In this document: positions 1 through 7,471 of the stretch, piece after piece | Layout: each line of letters opens with the position of its first letter | Position numbering within the stretch: the stretch's first letter is position 1 | DNA from: a virus | Lineage: Duplodnaviria > Heunggongvirae > Uroviricota > Caudoviricetes | Virus record (IMG/VR): IMGVR_UViG_3300029861_000002 | Direction: 5' to 3' (one strand) | DNA length: 64,000 nucleotides | Position numbers and translations under genes: made by a program | Notes under the pieces: generated by a model | Database searches by the model: none | The model's input: only the letters and a program-made list of their open reading frames with translations | Told to the model about the DNA's origin: nothing

Positions 1-84
1 GCCTGGCACATTGGACTGTAGTAGCCGATAAATTAGAGCGTAGTTCTCCTTGATTGACACGACCAATCATCTTAACCATAGTAT

Positions 85-160
85 GGGGCATTAGCTCAGT
101 TGGGAGAGCGCCTGCCTTGCAAGCAGGAGGTCACGAGTTCGACCCTCGTATGTTCCACCA
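85..160 (+). tRNA. tRNA-Ala(UGC)
   Basis: Cloverleaf folded by eye. Acceptor stem GGGGCAU/AUGUUCC with G3:U70, anticodon loop cuUGCaa, T-loop GTTCGAC, encoded CCA. Confidence 0.85.
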
Positions 161-370
161 TAGGTATCTACTAACAATTATACATATGATACCATCTAAT
201 GATTACAGGTTTTTATTGATTTCATTGCCATAAAACAATAGGGCATTACCTATTTTCGCCCTCAATAGAAATAGGTGGTTTTCAGTGACGCCGCTGTTCA
301 CCAACTGGAAGAAAAGTTAGTATCTTAATAAAATAGATGATAGAAGTAAGATACTAAAAGTGCGTAATAT

Positions 371-445
371 GCTCGGTTAGTCAAGCGGTAAAGACGCTGG
401 CCTTTCACGCCAGAAGCACGGGTTCGACTCCCGTACCGAGTACCA
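371..445 (+). tRNA. tRNA-Glu(UUC)
   Basis: Acceptor GCUCGGU/ACCGAGU, anticodon arm CUGGC-cuUUCac-GCCAG, T-loop TTCGACT, encoded CCA. Confidence 0.8.
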
Positions 446-477
446 TAAATCAATAGGAAAAGGAGATAAATCTTATT

Positions 478-717
478 ATGAAGAATGTTCACGGGAAGTT
501 CAATTCTTTTGTCGAGCTCGGTCAGGCCCTCGGTATTAAGTGTGCGGTTGAAGCTGAGAAGGTGCATAAGTGCCCTAATTGCGGGAATGAGCTTCGCAAG
601 GTTGGTAACACAAATGTCTATGTTTGTGATTACGGAACTCTTGAGGATACAGATTTGAAGGGAACTCCCGTGCAGGTGCTCACAAAGTGCGGCACTATTG
701 AGATTGACAATACTTAA
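478..717 (+). CDS. small zinc-ribbon protein (hypothetical)
   Basis: 79-aa ORF with RBS AAAGGAG 9 nt upstream. Contains CPNCGN..C..C Cys motifs. Lies inside the tRNA island. Confidence 0.5.
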   Translation: MKNVHGKFNSFVELGQALGIKCAVEAEKVHKCPNCGNELRKVGNTNVYVCDYGTLEDTDLKGTPVQVLTKCGTIEIDNT

Positions 718-727
718 ATAAGAGGAG

Positions 728-759
728 ACCTAAGCAAGTCGATAAACTGCTTTTATATG
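728..759 (+). repeat. 32-bp repeat upstream of a tRNA (GACCTAAGCAAGTCgaTAAACTGCTTTTATAT)
   Basis: Near-identical copy at 10964-10995. Each copy abuts the 5' end of a tRNA gene (759 and 10996). Possible tRNA promoter or processing element. Confidence 0.55.
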
Positions 760-835
760 GCGCCTTCCTCTAAATGGCATAGGAGGCCGGAACCTCACTC
801 CGGCAATATGAGTTCGAATCTCATAGGCGTCACCA
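759..835 (+). tRNA. tRNA with atypical anticodon loop (nominal CUC, Glu?)
   Basis: Acceptor GGCGCCU/AGGCGUC, T-arm ATGAG-TTCGAAT-CTCAT, encoded CCA. The anticodon arm CCGGA-acCUCac-UCCGG has C at position 33 and a 12-nt D-loop, so the isotype is uncertain. Confidence 0.55.
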
Positions 836-1123
836 GACGTATGGACTCCACGGCTCAACAGAGAAAACGGGTCTTTCTTGTGCGTAGAGTATGGTACGGC
901 AAGAATATAATGATTAATTGGCACGCCCTTGCTTTGTTAAAGTGAAACGGTTCCGGCTGATACATCCAGCGGAGGGGCGCAAGAGTACCGTGACTATTAG
1001 AGTTATTTCAAAATGTGAAGTATGTGAGGCGTGGGCCAGGAGTGGCAATGCAGACCAACTTAGAAGCGTCTAGGCATTGAGTAGCAGAAATATGTTTTGA
1101 TTATAGCTCTAATAGTTGTATAT

Positions 1124-1198
1124 CGCAGAGAGGGTGTTGGTTCCCTGTCGAGTCTCATAAACTCGATTACGTGAGTTCGATTCTCACCTCTGCATCCA
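1124..1198 (+). tRNA. tRNA-Met/Ile2(CAU) with C1-A72 mismatch
   Basis: Anticodon loop cuCAUaa, T-arm GTGAG-TTCGATT-CTCAC, 3' CTCTGCA-T-CCA. Position 1:72 is unpaired and initiator-like, but the anticodon stem lacks the GGG/CCC signature. Confidence 0.7.
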
Positions 1199-1447
1199 TA
1201 AAAGACTGACATATTGGGAACCTATTTCTGAGACGCTTACGAGTCTCTCAAGTGCGATAATAGGCTGTCAGAAGGGCACTACCATTTTAAATATTCGACA
1301 AGGAGGTAATAAAATGATGGATATTGATGATTTCATTTTCGCAGAGACAGAAGTTATCCCAAGCAATAGGTAAGATAACTTATATGTTCAATGCGGCCAC
1401 CGAGAGGTGTTGGTTCCAAGCCCATGAAACGCAGAGGAGACATATTT

Positions 1448-1536
1448 GGAGGGGTGGCAGAGTGGTTGAATGCAAGGGATTGCTAATCCCTCGGCCACAG
1501 AAATGTGACCCGGAGGTTCGAATCCTCTCCCCTTCG
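1448..1536 (+). tRNA. tRNA-Ser(GCU)
   Basis: Type II tRNA. Acceptor GGAGGGG/CCCCUUC, D-arm GCAGAGTGGTTGAATGC, anticodon arm AGGGA-uuGCUaa-UCCCU, long variable arm, discriminator G, no encoded CCA. Confidence 0.8.
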
Positions 1537-1614
1537 CGTTATCAAGTAGAAGCCTTCACGTGGCGATAATGTTTTTACTAATTCTACAAAAATAAAAAGG
1601 AGCTGTTTAGATTT

Positions 1615-2220
1615 ATGGCATACATTTATTAGATAACCAACGACATAAACTAGAAAGTTTATGTCGGAAAAACAGAGTTTTCTATTGAAAAGCGTTTTAG
1701 GGAACATTGCAAGGATGCTTTCAAGGAGCAAAATGAGAAACGCCCATTATATGCCGCTATGCGAAAATATGGGGTAGAGCATTTCCATATAGAACTTCTT
1801 GAAGAAACAGATAATCCAGAAGAGAGAGAAAGATTCTGGATTGAACAATTAGGAAGTTTTAAGTATGGATATAATGCTACCTTAGGCGGCGACGGGAGAA
1901 GATATGTTGATTATGATTTAGTAATTAAATTATATGACGAATGTCACTCTCGTAATAAAGTGCATGAGTTAGTTGGATATGATAAAGGGACTATTTCAAG
2001 AATATTGGATTCTATTTCTACTCATGAAGAAAGAGATCGTTTTGGTCATATTCAGCTTCAAAAGCCAGTAGCAAGATTAGATAAAAACACTGGAGAAATT
2101 TTGGAAGTGTTTGATTCTGTTAGTGAAGCGGAACGGAAGTATAATACTAACAGACATATAGGACAAGTATGTCTTGGGAAAAGAAAAACTGCTGGCGGAT
2201 TTAAGTGGAAATATATTTAA
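1615..2220 (+). CDS. GIY-YIG homing endonuclease (2 in-frame TAG)
   Basis: RBS AAAAAGGAG. Translation MAYIY[TAG]ITNDIN[TAG]KVYVGKTEFSIEKRFREH... matches the GIY-YIG core (IYxITN..NGKxYVGxT...R...H). The C-terminus ..KTAGGFKWKYI is shared with the GIY-YIG gene at 45540. Intact only if TAG at 1630 and 1651 is read. Ends with TAA. Confidence 0.7.
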
Positions 2221-2533
2221 GATAGTATCGCCAATCGGGATAGACACTGTTGTATATGCCGGCCGCATATAAACGAGGCGATTGTGTCAATAGCGAAAAC
2301 CGACTAAGCTATTCCGTTCGCTTGCGGTGATAATACAAGCAACTTAATAAATCCGACAAGTTTGGTGGTACTGCTGCGGATGCCGGGAGGAACAGGGGCC
2401 AAAACCACAAGACAGAGGAATGGGTTCGACTCCCATACGGCCGGCAATTAGGCTGGCGGTTGGTGTATAGTGTGGAAACAAGCATACTGTCAATCTTATT
2501 ACCCTGAGCCGAGGTTTATATCGGCCATTATAT

Positions 2534-2609
2534 GCTGGATTAGCTCAATAGGTAGAGCAATCGCCTTGTAAGCGATAGGTTAAGAGTTCGAGTCTCTTAT
2601 CCAGCTCCA
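2534..2609 (+). tRNA. tRNA-Thr(UGU)
   Basis: Acceptor GCUGGAU/AUCCAGC, anticodon loop cuUGUaa, T-loop TTCGAGT, encoded CCA. Confidence 0.85.
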
Positions 2610-2802
2610 GCCTCGGCAGAGGCGTTTAAACGCGGCAAGGGAGTGATTCCTCCTATCTGTAAGATATTGTGGCCACTTTATTGAGCAGTCCGTATGGTAA
2701 ATCGAGTCGGATAGGGTTGGATAGGGCGCAGAGAATTGTACCGCCAATTCCGAGCGCAAAGGCCTGAGGCCAATACCTGATATTAAAATCTATTGCCAAT
2801 AT

Positions 2803-2879
2803 GTTGTGCGTAGCTTAATTGGTAGAGCATCAGATTGTGACTCTGAAAGGTGCGAGTTCAAGCCTCGTCGTACACCCCA
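2803..2879 (+). tRNA. tRNA-His(GUG) with genomically encoded G-1
   Basis: Anticodon arm UCAGA-uuGUGac-UCUGA, T-loop TTCAAGC. G-1 (2803) pairs with C73 (2876), encoded CCA, one U1-C72 mismatch. Confidence 0.8.
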
Positions 2880-2941
2880 TAGACCTATTCAGCAATCTTA
2901 ATATATTTTTGATAATATATGGCCAAAGGAGGTCTAGTAAA

Positions 2942-3100
2942 ATGGATTTAAAAACTATAAAGCAGGCTCAAAAGAAATCTCCAGAAGAGCTGCAAGAATA
3001 TCTTCATTTTAGACGGAGAGGTTCTATAACAAGAGCAAGGAAAGGAAAAGGTTCCTTTAAGAGAAAACTCAAGCATAAAAATCTTTTTGAAAATTCTTAA
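2942..3100 (+). CDS. small basic protein (hypothetical)
   Basis: 52 aa with RBS AAAGGAGG. Lys/Arg-rich C-terminus, TAA stop. Confidence 0.35.
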   Translation: MDLKTIKQAQKKSPEELQEYLHFRRRGSITRARKGKGSFKRKLKHKNLFENS

Positions 3101-3141
3101 TTTTTATTATATAATATATATAGAAAGTTAAGGAAAGGAAG
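3084..3141 (+). promoter_or_regulatory. conserved phage promoter + leader (extended -10 TATAAT followed by ATATATAGAAAGTTAAGGAAAGGAAG)
   Basis: TTGAAA -35-like element, TATAAT, then the conserved leader/RBS block. The same block recurs at about 7695, 13830, 14545, 17800, 20575, 24225, 26470, 28865, 30490, 36435, 41285, 49008 and 57150. Confidence 0.6.
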
Positions 3142-3152
3142 TTTGAGTTTTA

Positions 3153-3428
3153 ATGATTATTGCTTCTGCAATTAAATTTTTTCCCCATTTCGGCGAATAC
3201 CCCGTGATTATTTGCGGGAAGCGCCATGCAGATTGCTTTGAGGAGGCATATCAAATGGGGTATGAGTGGGATAAAGAAGATTTAGTTCAGGGATTCTTGA
3301 CTGATGATTCTAGGTTCCTTGATAGATATGACGCAAAACCCGAAGCCCGCAAATGTAGACAGTTAATTGTTGATGATGATAAATGTCGAGAGCTTTTTAG
3401 CGAAGATATGTGGCCTGAAGAGGATTGA
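3153..3428 (+). CDS. hypothetical protein
   Basis: 91-aa ORF preceded by the conserved promoter/leader TATAATATATATAGAAAGTTAAGGAAAGGAAG. Confidence 0.55.
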   Translation: MIIASAIKFFPHFGEYPVIICGKRHADCFEEAYQMGYEWDKEDLVQGFLTDDSRFLDRYDAKPEARKCRQLIVDDDKCRELFSEDMWPEED

Positions 3429-3533
3429 GGTTGGCTACAGAGCCTATAAACCCTGTAGTGCGCGAGTACGAGAGAAGGACGCGCCAGAGAAATATTCTTT
3501 TCCTTTCGGGTTGGCGAAACATCCAACCAAAAT

Positions 3534-3610
3534 GCGTGTGTAGCTCAGTAGGCTAGAGCACCTGCCTTTTAAGCAGGGAGTCGCGAGTTCGAATCTCGCC
3601 ACACGCACCA
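3534..3610 (+). tRNA. tRNA-Lys(UUU)
   Basis: Acceptor GCGUGUG/CACACGC, anticodon loop cuUUUaa, T-loop TTCGAAT, encoded CCA. Confidence 0.85.
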
Positions 3611-3613
3611 TAT

Positions 3614-3689
3614 GCGGGATTAGTGTCAGCGGCTAGCACGTCTGCCTTCCAAGCAGAAAGGGCCGGTTCGAATCCGGTATCTTGCTCCA
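3614..3689 (+). tRNA. tRNA-Gly(UCC)
   Basis: Anticodon arm UCUGC-cuUCCaa-GCAGA, T-arm GCCGG-TTCGAAT-CCGGT, encoded CCA. Confidence 0.8.
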
Positions 3690-3860
3690 TTCCAACTATA
3701 AAGTTGGATAAATTCTCGAGAAGGGGTTTCACTGTTCCTAAGATGAGGCTACAATCATCAATACAGTGGTCAAGTGGTTTTCTTCTGCCGTTTACCAGTC
3801 AGTGGTGTAGCTCCAGAATAACGGCAAACCCTAGGAGGGTTGCAAACTTCCTAGTTTTAT

Positions 3861-3937
3861 ACTTCGGTAGTTCAGCTGGCTAGAATCCTCGACTGATAAT
3901 CGAGAGGTCGTGAGTTCAAGTCTCACCCGGAGTACCA
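3861..3937 (+). tRNA. tRNA-Ile(GAU)
   Basis: Acceptor ACUUCGG/CCGGAGU, anticodon arm CUCGA-cuGAUaa-UCGAG, T-loop TTCAAGT, encoded CCA. Confidence 0.85.
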
Positions 3938-4019
3938 GAATTAGGTTCTCTTTTCTATGATGAATTTGTTTGGTTCTCTTTTTCATCCAGTTTGCGGTCT
4001 GGTCAAAACCGCCTTATAT

Positions 4020-4093
4020 AAGGCGATCGGTTAATGGTAAACCAATGCTCTCCAAAAGCATGACTGTAGGTTCGAGTCCTACTCGCCTTGCCA
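4020..4093 (+). tRNA. tRNA-Trp(CCA)
   Basis: Acceptor AAGGCGA/UCGCCUU, anticodon arm AUGCU-cuCCAaa-AGCAU, T-loop TTCGAGT, discriminator G, encoded CCA. Confidence 0.8.
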
Positions 4094-4114
4094 ATATAAA
4101 GGAGGTTGATAAAA

Positions 4115-4348
4115 ATGGTAATGGATATTAACATCAAGAGTACCAATGATGTTGAGCGTCTAAATGCCGTAGCGAGTAAAACTCCAGATGTGCTTTGGGT
4201 TCATTCCAATGATGGCATGATTATGGTTGATGCTCGTAGTCTCCTTGGTTTGTTTGCCTTGATTGGTAAACCATGCAAGTTAGTTGCAGAAGATAGCACA
4301 GATTATAAAGTGCTTACCAAGGTGGCAAAAAAGGCCGGGGTAGCTTAA
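4115..4348 (+). CDS. hypothetical protein (faint HPr-like pattern)
   Basis: RBS AAGGAGG 9 nt upstream of ATG 4115. MVMDINIKSTNDVERLNAV...VDARSLLGLFALIG loosely resembles the phosphocarrier HPr fold. Confidence 0.45.
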   Translation: MVMDINIKSTNDVERLNAVASKTPDVLWVHSNDGMIMVDARSLLGLFALIGKPCKLVAEDSTDYKVLTKVAKKAGVA

Positions 4349-4359
4349 CCCCATTATTT

Positions 4360-4436
4360 GCCCCAGTAGCTCAGTTGGAAAGAGCACGCGCCTTCTAAGC
4401 GCGGTGTCAGGGGTTCGAGTCCCTTCTGGGGTACCA
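4360..4436 (+). tRNA. tRNA-Arg(UCU)
   Basis: Acceptor GCCCCAG/CUGGGGU, anticodon arm CGCGC-cuUCUaa-GCGCG, T-loop TTCGAGT, encoded CCA. Confidence 0.85.
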
Positions 4437-4516
4437 TTTCCGTTAGTTTAAAAGTGAAAACACAAGAGCGCGCGTCTTGTTTGCGAGTTGAGCATCGCCT
4501 CGCACGGAAAACCTAT

Positions 4517-4591
4517 GGGTTGTTAGCTTAACGGGCAGAGCAGTAGGTTGAAGCCCTACGGGACGAGGTTCGAGTCCTCGATAACCCACCA
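4517..4591 (+). tRNA. tRNA-Phe(GAA)
   Basis: Acceptor GGGUUGU/AUAACCC, anticodon arm GUAGG-uuGAAgc-CCUAC, T-loop TTCGAGT, encoded CCA. Confidence 0.85.
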
Positions 4592-4695
4592 GCCGAGAAA
4601 TCGGCAAACTATCTTTTCTATTTTTTTACAAGACCCTCTATGGTTATAGAGTCTAGAGTTCGATTCTTTCTGCAATAGATAGAGGGTCGCTATAT

Positions 4696-5026
4696 GGGGA
4701 TGCGTAGGTTCGACGGGGTAATGAGAAACTAGGATACACGGGTAGGCATACCGCCTTAAGGAGCAACAAAATTAAACGACAACGATTATTTTTCTAATAA
4801 CATCGCAGCTTGAGCATAGCTCGCTGTTTTAATCCCTTGGATTTCTCTATTTTCCTTTAATTAAATAGAGTGGTGGAGGCAGAGTACAACTGGTACTGCT
4901 CTATGGTTATTAGTAGTTTCAGCTAAAACTCCATTTATAAAAGTTTAAAGTGAAACTATCGTGTAATAATATTCTAGTTATGTAGTTATTTCGGACACGG
5001 AGTGCGACTCTCCGTCATCTCCACCA
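4696..5026 (+). ncRNA. ssrA: tmRNA (SsrA), about 331 nt
   Basis: The 5' end GGGGATGCGTAGGTTCGACGGGG matches the tmRNA consensus GGGGnnGnnnnGGnTTCGACnGGG. The 3' end has T-arm CGGAG-TGCGACT-CTCCG, acceptor CATCTCC pairing with the 5' GGGGATG, discriminator A, CCA. The internal tag frame is GCA ACA AAA ... ATC GCA GCT TGA, giving (A)TKLNDNDYFSNNIAA. Confidence 0.8.
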
Positions 5027-5112
5027 AGAGTTTCTTTCTTCTCTTAAAAAGAAAGTGGTGGATAATCGAAACCCAATTCGGCTCCATATATAACATATGT
5101 GGAGGAATTAAT

Positions 5113-5511
5113 ATGACAGAATTAGAAAGAGGATATTTGGCTGGCATTATTGATGGTGAGGGAAGTATTACTCTCACCAAGGATAAATAGTTTAGGTATC
5201 CAGTATTAGAAGTGTCTAGTACAACATCTCAAATTGTAGAATATCTTAAAGAGCATTTTGGAGGAGTTATTTCCAAGAAAAATGAGCGTAATCCAAAATG
5301 GAAACAGGCTTATATTTGGAAGATAGAGCGGAGAAAGGCTATTTCTTTGTTAGAAGAGATTGTCAGTTATCTTAATGAACCAAAGAAAAAAGCTAGAGCT
5401 TAGTTAATAATTAAAGACTATATACGCTTAACTCCTAGAAATGGGAGATATTCTGAAGAAATAAAATAGCAAAAACTTAAATTTGAAGAAGAATTTTTCA
5501 AGATAGAATAA
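5113..5511 (+). CDS. LAGLIDADG-family homing endonuclease (3 in-frame TAG)
   Basis: RBS GGAGGA. The N-terminus MTELERGYLAGIIDGEGSI is a LAGLIDADG motif. The frame stays open through TAG at 5188, 5401 and 5467 to TAA at 5509. It starts 87 nt after the tmRNA 3' end. The C-terminal extension beyond 5403 is less certain. Confidence 0.6.
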
Positions 5512-5538
5512 TTTACATAACAAGAGGAAAGGAAGTTT

Positions 5539-5994
5539 ATGATGGAGATTGAAAGAAAGTGGATTCTTCAAAGAGTTCCAACAGAGTTTCGATTAGTTAG
5601 AAATGCTCAGATAGAGCAATTCTACGTTTCAACAAGTCCTGAAGTGCGCTTGAGGCACAATCCCGCGAGCAACGAGCCTTTTAGAATTACAATTAAGGGC
5701 GAAGGGACTCTATCAAGAGAAGAGATTGAAACAAAAGTCTCTGAAAACTTCTATAATCAAGTCAAAGAGTTCGTGAATAAACCTCTGATTAAGAAAGATT
5801 ATTCTATCTTTAATTGCGGCGGGTATCCACTCGCGGTTTCTGTAGTAGACGATGGAGCTTTTATCTACGCAGAGGTCGAATTCGAATCGGAGGAGCAGGC
5901 CCGCGACTATCAGTTTCCTATTGATGATGCTATTGAAGTGACGGATGATTCAAATTACAAGATGAAAAATTATTGGTTACGTACTCGTAATTAA
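5539..5994 (+). CDS. CYTH-domain protein (triphosphate-tunnel metalloenzyme / CyaB-like)
   Basis: The N-terminal MMEIERKWIL pattern (EIERKF-type) is typical of the CYTH domain. 151 aa, RBS AGGAAAGGAAG. Confidence 0.65.
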   Translation: MMEIERKWILQRVPTEFRLVRNAQIEQFYVSTSPEVRLRHNPASNEPFRITIKGEGTLSREEIETKVSENFYNQVKEFVNKPLIKKDYSIFNCGGYPLAVSVVDDGAFIYAEVEFESEEQARDYQFPIDDAIEVTDDSNYKMKNYWLRTRN

Positions 5995-6068
5995 AATTTA
6001 GACCCGTACTGCAAAGAACTCTTTACCTGTTGTTTGAACTGGAGAAAAAGATGATGGGTCTAGTATAT

Positions 6069-6145
6069 GCGCCAGTAGCATAACGGAGAGTGCACAAGGC
6101 TACGAACCTTGGCTAGTGGGAGTTCGAATCTTCTCTGGCGTACCA
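6069..6145 (+). tRNA. tRNA-Arg(ACG)
   Basis: Acceptor GCGCCAG/CUGGCGU, anticodon arm CAAGG-cuACGaa-CCUUG, T-loop TTCGAAT, encoded CCA. Confidence 0.8.
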
Positions 6146-6148
6146 TAT

Positions 6149-6236
6149 GCAGAGGTGGCCGAGTCTGGTTTATGGCACCTGCCTAGAAAGCAGGCGGTCG
6201 AAAGGCCCGTGGGTTCAAATCCTACCCTCTGCGCCA
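6149..6236 (+). tRNA. tRNA-Ser (anticodon read as AGA, A34)
   Basis: Type II tRNA. Acceptor GCAGAGG/CCUCUGC, Ser-like D-arm GTGGCCGAGTCTGG, anticodon arm CCUGC-cuAGAaa-GCAGG, long variable arm, G73, CCA. A at position 34 is unusual. Confidence 0.65.
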
Positions 6237-6514
6237 CATTGGTATCTTACATACAAGTTTGAAAGGCAGTAAGAATAAATCGTCGGGCCTTAAATCCGAG
6301 CCAATAATAGGAAAGCTATATTCCGAGATACCCTTCGAGGATTGGAGCAACGAAGGTAAAAATAAAGTCCCCAAGATGTTTTCCGGTATCAGTACACAAC
6401 CGGCATAGAGCAGAAGGGTTCAGGGTCGGTGCCTCGTATAGCATTAGAGGAAACGGTAAGGACCAGGCATGGAAATCTGCGGAAGTGCGAGAAACCCTGT
6501 ATAGGAGAATATCT

Positions 6515-6673
6515 ATGAAAAATAAAATTGCGTGGTCAGATTTCTTTCAAGAATTTATTATCTGCGTTAAATACCTTGCAGATGATAATTGGTATTTTAT
6601 ATTTAGGGATGCAGTTGGAAATCAAAATCCAATTAAAGCCAAAACAAAATACTCCTATTTTGATTGGCAGTAA
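6515..6673 (+). CDS. hypothetical small protein
   Basis: 52 aa, weak RBS AGGAGAA, ends TAA immediately upstream of tRNA-Pro. Confidence 0.3.
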   Translation: MKNKIAWSDFFQEFIICVKYLADDNWYFIFRDAVGNQNPIKAKTKYSYFDWQ

Positions 6674-6680
6674 GTTATAT

Positions 6681-6751
6681 AGAGGATGTAGTGTAACGGT
6701 AACACGCCTGCTTTGGGAGCAGGAATAGCGGTTCGAATCCGACATCTTCTA
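6681..6751 (+). tRNA. tRNA-Pro(UGG) with weakened T-stem and no encoded CCA (copy adjacent to the HNH cassette)
   Basis: Acceptor AGAGGAU/AUCUUCU, D-stem GUGU/ACAC, anticodon arm CCUGC-uuUGGga-GCAGG, T-loop TTCGAAT. The 3' 23 nt CGGTTCGAATCCGACATCTTCTA is repeated at 7449-7471, where it is followed by CCA. Confidence 0.65.
6729..6751 (+). repeat. 23-bp direct repeat (copy 1) = tRNA-Pro T-arm/3' acceptor CGGTTCGAATCCGACATCTTCTA
   Basis: Identical 23-mer at 7449-7471, where it is followed by CCA. The two copies flank the 698-bp HNH cassette. Confidence 0.8.
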
Positions 6752-6874
6752 GGCTTATGAGGAGATTACCTGCACGTGGTATAAGCTGCTAAAACTAAAA
6801 ATCTCCATCGGTCAAAATTGGCCAAAGTAATTATCACTATTCTTATTTATAATAAGAATAAAGGAGGTAGTTTT

Positions 6875-7447
6875 ATGGCCAAAGCAATGACTTAGGAAGA
6901 ATTCGAGAAGAGAGTATCAGAATATACAAAAGATAGTGTAGACGTTATTTCTAAGTATATTAACAAAAGAACAAAAGTTAAAGTTAGATGTAAAACTTGC
7001 GGTTTTGAATGGGGAATGTCTCCTGCATCTTTAATGCCGAATGCGGCATCTAAACATACTTTTGTTGGTTGTTCTAACTGTAAGTATGAAGAAGTAGAAT
7101 GTCAATGGTGTCACAAGAAATTTCGTAGATTAAAAACTGAATTGGCTAAAAATAAAAGCGGATTCGTATATTGTTCTAGGGAATGTGGAAACCGACATAA
7201 GAACTCTTTGATTATTTAGGTAAATGACGGTGTGAACTATCACAGAAATGCCTTTTTGGCTTACCCACACAAATGCGATATTTGTGAATGGGGTGAAGAT
7301 GAACGAGTTTTAGAAGTTCATCATTTAGATGAAGATAGGTCAAATAATAAGATAGAAAACTTGCGAATCTTATGTCCTATATGTCATAAAAAACTTACTT
7401 TGCATCTTTACTCATATAAAGAGTTAAAAGATAAATACGGAGGATGA
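6875..7447 (+). CDS. HNH homing endonuclease (2 in-frame TAG)
   Basis: RBS AAGGAGG. The N-terminus MAKAMT[TAG]EEFEKRV matches the common HNH-endonuclease N-terminal 'TQEEF' pattern. Zinc-ribbon Cys pairs, then the HNH core EVHHLDEDRSNNKIENLRILCPICH. One frame from 6875 through TAG at 6893 and 7217 to TGA at 7445. Flanked by a 23-bp tRNA-Pro 3'-end repeat. Confidence 0.75.
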
Positions 7448-7448
7448 T

Positions 7449-7471
7449 CGGTTCGAATCCGACATCTTCTA
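7449..7471 (+). repeat. 23-bp direct repeat (copy 2) of the tRNA-Pro 3' end, followed by CCA
   Basis: Identical to 6729-6751. Overlaps the stop codon of the HNH gene. Confidence 0.8.

Noticed and set aside
3623-3883. 86-aa + strand ORF from the six-frame track
   Set aside because: It lies entirely over tRNA-Gly, intergenic spacer and the start of tRNA-Ile. It has no RBS. It is an artefact of GC-richer tRNA sequence.
4631-4690. Mini tRNA or armless tRNA upstream of the tmRNA
   Set aside because: The 10-bp inverted repeat encloses only about 37 nt with a partial T-arm-like segment. It has no D-arm or anticodon arm. It is more likely a hairpin or a tRNA remnant.
5002-5190. Track ORF starting inside the tmRNA 3' end
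   Set aside because: The first 37 codons overlap the tmRNA T-arm and acceptor stem. The real start is ATG 5113, with a GGAGGA RBS, and encodes the LAGLIDADG motif.
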